Positions 8,186 to 16,400 of a stretch of DNA of 32,000 bases are shown here, in pieces. Source of the DNA: Candidatus Hermodarchaeota archaeon. Lineage in GTDB: Archaea; Asgardarchaeota; Heimdallarchaeia; Hodarchaeales; Hodarchaeaceae. The notes below the pieces were generated by a model, which searched no databases, was not told the origin of the DNA, and saw only the letters and a list, made by a program, of their open reading frames with translations. Within the stretch, counting starts at the first letter, position 1. Every line of letters begins with the position of its first letter. Both the position numbers and the translations under genes were made by a program. Where the stretch lies: assembly GCA_048886185.1 (NCBI GenBank), contig JBHLKY010000016.1, forward strand, positions 30,001 through 62,000. Reading direction: 5' to 3'.

Positions 8186-9538
8186 TCACATAAAAACCAT
8201 TTCGAAGAACCAAATGACATCTTTAAGTAAAGAATACCCAGCATTTATGCCTCTTATGGTTTTAGGGACTGTGATCTCAAATATTATCCTCTCTTTGGTA
8301 GGTTGATTTCTCACTATGACCTTTGTTCGACCTGTATCTGCAATCCGGTGCGCAATTCCAGTTCGATCAATTAATTTTTCCACAATATCCGGAGGACCAA
8401 AAACATCGATGTCTTTCCAAGCATTACTCCAGTCTATTGGTCGTGCTTCATTCTGAAAATTAATTTGGAGCTCAAATTCCTCTGATGGAGAAAGATCTGA
8501 AAAAGTTGTGAACGTTGCTTTTTCGTTTTCAGGAAAAGTGACAATAATTTCTTCCGAAGCTCTTGAATAAGTCACAATTCTTACTCGAGAGGGTTCAAAA
8601 TCAATGCTTTTGGCTTGATAATGAATGGAGCTAAAAAGTGATTGATATGGGCTCTCAATAGGTTTTTCCTGGAATTTGTAGGATTTTGCAACCTCTGCTG
8701 ATGTTTCAGGTAGAGGCTCCCAGCTAATAACAGGTTCTTGTGGAGGTGAGATGGACTCTTCAATGGTGTCAAGAACATTGGATTCTTCTTTAATATCAGA
8801 GACTTTAACTTTATCATAGTCTTCAACCACTTTTGTGGGAGTATATGACGGAATATGAATGATAGGTTTCCCACCCGTCCCTGCACTTCTCGTTAAATAA
8901 CCTTTATCGGAAAGTGCGCCAACGGTACCAAGAAGGATGTTAAAAGCTTGAATGAAGCTGTTTGTGTTCATCGTTTCCATTTCAACTTGAATGATAGGGC
9001 TTTTAGCAGATAACCACCTTATATGATAACCCTCTAAATCGAAACTCTTTTGGAGGAGATTTCCTAGATCACTTTGAGTCAATAATTGACGGGGGAAGTG
9101 TGAATCATCAGAAGAAATGATAAAACGATCATCCAAGCGGGGAATTCCAATTACAATATCGTGATTGTATTTTTGCCATCGAAATTGGGGATCTAATGAA
9201 AGGCTAACTGACTTTTCTCCATGGAATTTTTCAGGATTAACTTCTCCACGTAAAATTAGATCACGATCGCTCCTATCAGTAACTTTTTTTGTGACAACTT
9301 TGACTTCTATGAGCTTAAACGGGCCAGCATCACGAGACTGAATAATTGGGTCAGAAGCTAAGCCTCCATAATCAACTACAACAGTTTTGGGGTATCTACG
9401 ATTGAGATAGCGGTAAACATCAAGAGCAAAATTCTTCTCTTCTTTGATAGAGGAATAAATCAAAAAAAAAACGACATAAATGACACCGCATATGATCAAA
9501 CCAAAAAAAAGTGTTTCAAACATCAGAGTATCATCCAT
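8186..9538 (-). CDS. Membrane-anchored hypothetical protein, two alpha/beta domains joined by a Pro/acidic linker
   Basis: N-terminal hydrophobic helix (LFFGLIICGVIYVVFFLIY), 450-aa open frame, central P/E/S-rich linker. Confidence 0.8.
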   Translation of the reverse strand: MDDTLMFETLFFGLIICGVIYVVFFLIYSSIKEEKNFALDVYRYLNRRYPKTVVVDYGGLASDPIIQSRDAGPFKLIEVKVVTKKVTDRSDRDLILRGEVNPEKFHGEKSVSLSLDPQFRWQKYNHDIVIGIPRLDDRFIISSDDSHFPRQLLTQSDLGNLLQKSFDLEGYHIRWLSAKSPIIQVEMETMNTNSFIQAFNILLGTVGALSDKGYLTRSAGTGGKPIIHIPSYTPTKVVEDYDKVKVSDIKEESNVLDTIEESISPPQEPVISWEPLPETSAEVAKSYKFQEKPIESPYQSLFSSIHYQAKSIDFEPSRVRIVTYSRASEEIIVTFPENEKATFTTFSDLSPSEEFELQINFQNEARPIDWSNAWKDIDVFGPPDIVEKLIDRTGIAHRIADTGRTKVIVRNQPTKERIIFEITVPKTIRGINAGYSLLKDVIWFFEMVFM

Positions 9539-9731
9539 TAATAGGAAAGAAGTTCTTTTCTCTGATTTTCTTGATGTATTTGATTACTTTAAATAAATTT
9601 ATCATAATTTTTCAGAATAAAGTTCATTTTTCACCTATAGAATTAGAACATTCATTCAGGGATAATCTTAAAAGCAAGATTGGTGTTATAGAATTTCAGA
9701 GGTCAAGAATTTTGATCGAGTTTGATTAAGG

Positions 9732-10139
9732 ATGGAGAATCAATTAAATCACAGAGAAGAGTTAGAACAATCAAAATCACTTATAAAAACTACGAAAATT
9801 GGTTTAGTTCTATATTTACTACTTCCATACATTTTATTTTCCATTTGGTCACTACAAGATCCTTCTTTCCTTGTTGAATTAATAGATTGGCACATAAGTA
9901 ACTGGCTTGATCCAATTTACATTCTAAATGTCAATATGACTTTTTTCCTTTATTGGAGTCCGGTACTTTTTATAGTAGAAGGATTTAGTTATTTTTACCA
10001 AATGGCTAATATTTCAAGAATTCCTCCTACTAGTTCACTATATGATGCAATAATGTCACCTACCATTCAATATGGACCATTAAAGATTAATCTACCTGTC
10101 TTTGGTGAAGAAGAGCTTATTAAGGAAAATCAGGATTAA
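9732..10139 (+). CDS. Small membrane protein (about 2 TM), unknown function
   Basis: 135 aa with two hydrophobic segments and charged termini. Confidence 0.65.
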   Translation: MENQLNHREELEQSKSLIKTTKIGLVLYLLLPYILFSIWSLQDPSFLVELIDWHISNWLDPIYILNVNMTFFLYWSPVLFIVEGFSYFYQMANISRIPPTSSLYDAIMSPTIQYGPLKINLPVFGEEELIKENQD

Positions 10140-10175
10140 GTAAAGAAATTTAACTCCTCTTGGTAAGGATTAAAA

Positions 10176-10208
10176 GAGATGATTTTTGTTACGCCTACAA
10201 ATCATCTC
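10176..10208. terminator. 10-bp inverted repeat (hairpin/terminator or operator)
   Basis: GAGATGATTT (10176-10185) and AAATCATCTC (10199-10208) are perfect reverse complements with a 13-nt loop, 36 nt after the stop at 10139. Function not established. Confidence 0.4.
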
Positions 10209-10339
10209 ACTTGGTTGATATATCTGTGAAGAAAAATAATTTAGAAGGTTCCAAAATCAGCTATAATAGAGAAAATCCTTTTCTTTTAACATATATTGTT
10301 AGAACTTACCGCATTCCACAGAATAAGAGTTGAAAATTT

Positions 10340-10630
10340 ATGAAAACTCGTAGAGAAAAGATAATTGAGCTTCTATCAGAACATGAAGAAATGTCATTGT
10401 TAGAGCTAGCAGATTTAACAAATGTCCCAGTGAAAACAGTAGTCGATGACCTTAACTCGGTTAGAAAAACAATTCGTTCAGATTCAAAACGAATTGAGGT
10501 ACGACCTGCAGTTTGCATGAGATGCAATTACACTTTTTCAGGCAGATCTCGAATATCGGATCCTCACAAATGTCCTGAGTGCCATTCAGAAAGGATAACT
10601 CCGCAAAAATTTAGAATTATTACTTATTAG
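10340..10630 (+). CDS. Archaeal transcriptional regulator, HTH fused to Zn ribbon (COG3357-like)
   Basis: TRREKIIELL...ELA...DDLNSVRKTI wHTH followed by CMRC...CPECHSERI. Confidence 0.9.
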   Translation: MKTRREKIIELLSEHEEMSLLELADLTNVPVKTVVDDLNSVRKTIRSDSKRIEVRPAVCMRCNYTFSGRSRISDPHKCPECHSERITPQKFRIITY

Positions 10631-10671
10631 GTTTTGACGCAAACATTGTATCTGAATACTTATCAAAATAT

Positions 10672-11196
10672 CTATTGATTCATTGTCTCTTCTCGATTTG
10701 GCGTCGTCGTGGGTTGGTAGTTTCCTTGGTACACTGTATCATCATCAACAGCACTAATGAAAATCATTTGAGCGATCGCAACCGAGAGATGGATTTGGAA
10801 GGGGAGAGACGTTTGTAATAAAATACGTCCACGGTTATCACCAACTCCATGGAATCCTTTATCCCATATACCAGAGAATACCGTAGCCCCCATACGAATT
10901 AAAGTTGAGCGTGGTGCTACAAACCCAATAGCATCATTAGGGATAATTATTTCCTCTTTTACTTCCACGAGATAGGATCTTGGGTCTAAATGCCAAAAAT
11001 TATCTAGAGGTTTTAATTCATTTAACTTTGGATATTGGCGTTTATGCTTCTTGGAGGTCATTCTGACTGTTCCAGATAATTGAAACAACCGTCCGATTGA
11101 AATGTCAATTCCATTCGGTTGAACATCCCCTTGTGGAATATATTTCTGCATTTCTGAGCCTGGCCAAGCTGCTGGTCTTAAGTGTTTCCAACTCAT
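10672..11196 (-). CDS. dut: Trimeric dUTPase / dCTP deaminase family protein, more likely dUTPase
   Basis: QPNGIDI, PRSTLIRMG, WDKGFHG, IAQMIF, YQGNYQ. The Glu of the dCTP-deaminase LE(L/F)xN motif is missing (ILLQTS). ATG at 11196 preferred over TTG at 11208. Confidence 0.8.
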   Translation of the reverse strand: MSWKHLRPAAWPGSEMQKYIPQGDVQPNGIDISIGRLFQLSGTVRMTSKKHKRQYPKLNELKPLDNFWHLDPRSYLVEVKEEIIIPNDAIGFVAPRSTLIRMGATVFSGIWDKGFHGVGDNRGRILLQTSLPFQIHLSVAIAQMIFISAVDDDTVYQGNYQPTTTPNREETMNQ

Positions 11197-11339
11197 TATG
11201 TGTACCAATCCCTATTACAATAATAATCTTTTATGCATTAATAATTGAAAGGATCTTAAAGCAATTTTGGAAGCAAACAGAACTAAATTAAAGAGGGAGA
11301 TAAATGACTGAAAAAAAAATTCATGGATGACTCAGTGTA

Positions 11340-11993
11340 ATGGCAAATCGAAAATGGCATTTAATAACAGCAATAGTCACATTCATTCTCTATCTAGTGA
11401 TTTATTAGTTTCTTGATACGAATTACATACCAGATCTACCAGATATCTCACCATTATGGGCGATTTCTGCCTTTTTTATGACATTAATTGGAGCTGAAGC
11501 CCCAGATTGGGATCTACTACTAAATTGGATGCACCATCGGGATATAGTTACTCACAGTATATTTATTCCTCTATTCATCACCATTACATTTTTAATCCAG
11601 ATATTTCTGGCTATTCCTGACGATCAGAGTCTTATATTATCGTTAATTTTCTTACCATTTTTTCTAGGATTCATGTCACATTTATTACTAGATCTTTTTC
11701 CAAGCGTAGATCCAGAGAGGGAGGTAAAAGAAAGAGGAGTGACTCGAACTACCGCAATGTTAGTTGGTGGATTTGTGTCTGGATTAACAGGAGTGAAGAC
11801 AATTAAAGCACTACAAGGAACTTATCTGATCCACTTGCCAGTTAAAATGCCTGTGAAAAATGAGAAAGAAAGGGATATTTGGGAAATGAGGAGAACTCTG
11901 CCACTCCATGCGTCACGATGGTGGTTGTTCCTTAATGGGCTCATCACAGGAGTTTTGGGAATTTTTTTAGTCGGGCTGCTGATCTGGGAATGA
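11340..11993 (+). pseudogene. YdjM/DUF457-like membrane metal-dependent hydrolase interrupted by in-frame TAG at 11406-11408
   Basis: The frame of the 171-aa ORF extends upstream to ATG 11340: MANRKWHLITAIVTFILYLVIY*FLDTNYIPDLPDISPLWAISAFFMTLIGAEAPDWD...HHRDIVTHS...GFMSHLLLD. The family N-terminal His and first TM helix lie before the stop. Confidence 0.65.
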
Positions 11994-12022
11994 TTTGATA
12001 TAGATTCAGCCTCAGTGATGAT

Positions 12023-13222
12023 TTAGGAACTAAGAACTCTTTTAATGATAGCTAAAGCCCAATCCAATTGTTCTTTGGTGATAACAAGGGGAGGGGCGAA
12101 ACGAATAGCAAAATCATGGGTCTCCTTCGCTAAGATCCCTTCGTTGATAATCTGTTCAGTATAGGGGCGAGCTTTCTCGTGAAGTTCTACCGCAGTAAAC
12201 AATCCCTTACCACGAACCTCTTTAATCCGAGGATGTTCAATTTTACGCAATTCCCCCAAAAAATAAGCCCCTAATTCCGCTGATCGTTCTGCTAATTTTT
12301 CCTCGACAAGAACATCCAAAGCCGCATCACCAACAGCACAGGCGAGAGGAAAACCCCCAAAAGTAGATCCATGAGAACCTGGAGTGAAAACTTGCATGAT
12401 CTCTTTGCGAGACACAACTGCGGAAACAGGAAGTAAGCCACCCCCTAAGGCTTTACCCAAGGTCATCACATCAGGAACAATCCCTTCATGCTGATGACAG
12501 AACATTTTCCCAGTACGACAAAAACCCGTTTGGATCTCATCTAGCACCAGGAGAATATTATGTTTTGTACAGATTTCTCGAACTTTCTTAAGGTATCCTT
12601 CTGATGGTACAATAACACCTGCTTCTCCTTGAATTGGTTCAACTAAGAATGCAACGGTATTGGGATTGATAGCTGCTTCTAACGCTTCAGGATCATCGTA
12701 CGGGATGATAGTAAACCCAGGAGTGTAAGGACCATAATTTGTATTCGCCACCGGGTCAGTAGAGAAACCAACAATGGTTGTTGTTCGACCATGGAAATTA
12801 TTTTCACAGACAATTATCTCAGCTTTGTTTTGTTCAACCTTTTTAACCTCATAACCCCAACGACGAACCATTTTAATAGCAGTCTCAACAGCCTCCGCTC
12901 CAGTGTTCATAGGGAGGGCCATATCGAATCCGTCGCCGCAGACATCTAGGAGATGCTTCAAGAAAAGGCCCATACGATCATTATGGAAGGCGCGTGAAGT
13001 TAAAGCCACCCGATCAAGTTGGTTTTTCAGTGCTTGGACGATTTTTGGATGGAGGTGTCCTTGATTAACCGCCGAGTAGGCTGATAAACAATCTAAGTAC
13101 TTTTTCCCCTCAGGATCATACACAAAAACACCTTGGGCTTTTGCTACAACCACAGGAATGGGATGATAGTTATGAGCCCCATACTCATTGTCAATATTCA
13201 TGAATTCTTCTGAGCTAGTCAC
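12023..13222 (-). CDS. rocD: Ornithine--oxo-acid aminotransferase (class III PLP)
   Basis: YGAHNYHPIPVV, YSAVNQGHLHP, PMNTGAEAVETA, NFHGRT, EPIQGEAGV, DEIQTG, TLGKALGGG, HGSTFGG. GTG at 13222 follows a GAGGG SD. Confidence 0.95.
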   Translation of the reverse strand: MTSSEEFMNIDNEYGAHNYHPIPVVVAKAQGVFVYDPEGKKYLDCLSAYSAVNQGHLHPKIVQALKNQLDRVALTSRAFHNDRMGLFLKHLLDVCGDGFDMALPMNTGAEAVETAIKMVRRWGYEVKKVEQNKAEIIVCENNFHGRTTTIVGFSTDPVANTNYGPYTPGFTIIPYDDPEALEAAINPNTVAFLVEPIQGEAGVIVPSEGYLKKVREICTKHNILLVLDEIQTGFCRTGKMFCHQHEGIVPDVMTLGKALGGGLLPVSAVVSRKEIMQVFTPGSHGSTFGGFPLACAVGDAALDVLVEEKLAERSAELGAYFLGELRKIEHPRIKEVRGKGLFTAVELHEKARPYTEQIINEGILAKETHDFAIRFAPPLVITKEQLDWALAIIKRVLSS

Positions 13223-13484
13223 TTTATAAACCCTCAAAACTATTATTACAAAGTTAGATATTTTAGATTAATGAATTAACAAGTGTTCATAAACATTTGC
13301 TTTACAGAATCAAGTTAATATAAAATGATGGGTTATATTCATCAAGAATAATCTCTGTAAAAGGAGTACTAAAGCTGATTGATGATTACTAAAAAATCTC
13401 AATTAAAAAAGCAATATTACTTAAGAAAGCTAGGATTATTGAACTGGATTAAGTTAACCAATTTAGTCTGAATGGGATTTTTGA

Positions 13485-16400
13485 ATGAAACGAATCACAC
13501 TTCAATCGTTGATATTGTGTCTAGTACTGTTATTGTTTGTCCCAGAAGTCGTATTGGAAAGGAGAACAATATCATGGCTGCCACCTCCCTCAGAAAGACC
13601 CCCATTCCCCGATTATTCAAGAAAAAGAGCGTCTACACTCCAATATCAACCTCATTCCTCCATTAGCATTGATGGCAATGCTGATTTCACAGATCAGGCT
13701 ACAGCTGAAAATTGGCCCGGGAATGGGAGTGATTCAAATCCATTTATCATAACAAATTTATTAATAACGGGGACCCCTGGTGAAAGATTGATTGATATTC
13801 GGAATACCGATGTACACTTTAAGATCATTCACTGTTATTTAAGTCAAGGAGAGACAATCTTCCTACAGCAAGTGAGAAATGGGCATTTCTACTGGAATAT
13901 CATCACAAACAGTAGTGGAGAGGGAATCCTTCTTGAAGGCTCCAATTATTGTAGTCTTGCTCATAATACAGTCATAAATAGCCATCGGAGTGGAATTCGT
14001 CTAGAAGATTCGGGGAACAACCATTTGATCAATAACACGGTCAATAGTAATAGAGGCAACGGAATTGAAATTCGTTACTCTTATAATACCAATCTGTTTA
14101 ACAACACGATTTCCTACAACAGGAGGGGAATTTATCAGTATGAGTCGGATTATTGCGTTCTTGTGAACAATACGGCCACTACAAATCACGGCCAGGGAAT
14201 TTATCTCCGGTACTCTGAATATAATGAAATATCAGGTAACCTAATTACAAACAATTCTGAATATGGGCTTATTTTTGAGAGGTCTGGAAGCAATATTATT
14301 AGAGACAATGTTCTAAGAAACAATAGTTTTCTTATTGAAGGTCAGAGTCTTGAGGATTATTCTCAAATAGAAGTAGAGAATAACACAATTGACAAAAAAC
14401 CATTACTATTCTGGCAACAGATAACAGGGGGATCGATCTCAAGTGGTGTTGCTGGTGTAAATATTCTGGTTGATTGCCATTCTACTGAATTGATCAATCA
14501 AAATGTCACAGGCATCACAGCTGCTTTCTGTTCAAATTTATCTATTTGCAATAACACAATAATAAAGGAAGGGCTCCATATCGAAAATTCTCCTGCTAGT
14601 TTGATTTCTGATAACATTGTAGTCAACAGTAGTGATTATGGAATATTCCTTGATTTCTCTGAAAATAGCACTCTGGTGAATAATACTGTCACCAATTGTA
14701 CTCTGGAAGGAATAATCTTTCGCAATTCTGAGAATAGTCTTTTAACCAACAACACAGTCACCAAGAATGGACGAACTGGAATTTATCTTGATGATTCTTT
14801 CTCCAGTACTCTCTCTCACAATAATGTCACCAATAACGGGGGAGAGGGAATTCTTGTTTATTATTCTGACAGCTGTATCCTCTCCCATAATATAGTCTTC
14901 AATAATGAACAAACTGGCATTTTCATTTATCGTTCTGAAACAAGTACTCTCTCTCATAATTTACTTAATGATAACAGCGGAAGGGGACTTACTCTCAGGT
15001 GGTCAGGAGGGAGTAATATTTTAAATAATCATATTGCCCACAACACCCAGACTGGATTAGTACTTGATTACTCGGTAAACAATCGAATTAAAGACAATAC
15101 TTTTCAGGACAACAGTTTGGAGATCATTGGTAATGATCTCGGGGACTACCTTCAAGCAGAGGTGGATAACAATTCGGTTAACAACAAACCAATAATCTAC
15201 TGGCAACATGTTACGGGGGATTCAATTCCAAATGGAGTTGCTGGTTCAATTATTTTAGTGAACTGCCATTCAATTGAAGTCACTAATCAGAATGTAATGG
15301 GAATTATGGCTGCATTCTCTACCAACCTCTCCATTCAATTTAACATTATAAGGAACAGTAATTATGGCATTAGGCTTGATTCCTGTGAAGATATCATTAT
15401 CTCCTCGAATACTATCGCAAATAACACTTATGGTATCCAGATTGAACATTTTCAGAAAGTTCAGATCTTAAATAACATCATTGAGAATAATAAAGGAATC
15501 GGGGTCAAGACATATTATTCCCCCTTAAAAACACTCAGATATAATGGCCATGAATACCATTTACTCCCATTTGATAGAACCTGGGCTGATGCAAAAGCAG
15601 ATTGTGAAGCCCGAGGAGGCCATTTGGTAACGATCACCAGTCCTCAAGAGAACGCGATGGTAACTGAATTATTATCGGGCTACTCTGCTTGGATTGGTTT
15701 GACTGATGAAAACACTGAAAGGGAGTGGCAATGGGTGACTGGAGAAGCAGTAACCTATACCAATTGGGGGTGGGGGCAACCTGATGATTCTGATGGAGAA
15801 GATGGAGAAGATTATGCAGAAATATATGGGGATGGTGAATGGAATGATTTTCCTGGTTCAAGGTATCTGTATTATGTCTGTGAATGGGATATGATTCAAA
15901 CAACAGAACCTCACCCCTTTTCCTCCATTTCTGGAAATAAGATCATTAATAACTCCTGGGGGATCCATCTTCGTGAAAACTTCCAGATTCGACTCTCTGA
16001 CAATTTTTTAGAGAATAATTCATTAAGCGGTCTTAAACTTGATGATTCAGGCGAGTGTAACATTACGAATAATCAGCTGGTTAACAACGGGGGAGGAATT
16101 GAATTATGGGCATCTTTTTTAAATAATATCATTAATAACACGGTGACAACCACCTTAGGTAGTCAGGGTTTCCTGATGGATGGAGGGGATTCAGCATACT
16201 ATTTTCAAGCAGATGTACGCAATAATACTATTAATAAAAAGCCCTTAATTTTTTGGCAGCATACTGTAGGGGGCACTGTACAAAGTGGAGGGGGACAGAT
16301 CATTCTTGTCAATTGTAGTCATCTCACGGTGAAGAACCAGCAAGTGGCTAGCATCTCGGGATTCATTTGTACTAATCTGACTGTTCAGGGAAATATAGTT

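Noticed and set aside
9511-9729. 72-aa plus-strand ORF
   Set aside because: Overlaps the start of the divergent 450-aa gene, spans an AT-rich promoter region and shows no motifs.
10176-10208. Hairpin as an archaeal SECIS element
   Set aside because: No GAA/A internal-loop motif, and no nearby gene with a recognisable in-frame UGA selenocysteine site.
11406-11408. Genome-wide TAG reassignment
   Set aside because: TAG ends the MFS, HTH-Zn-ribbon and Lrp genes at expected positions, and no other interrupted gene was found.
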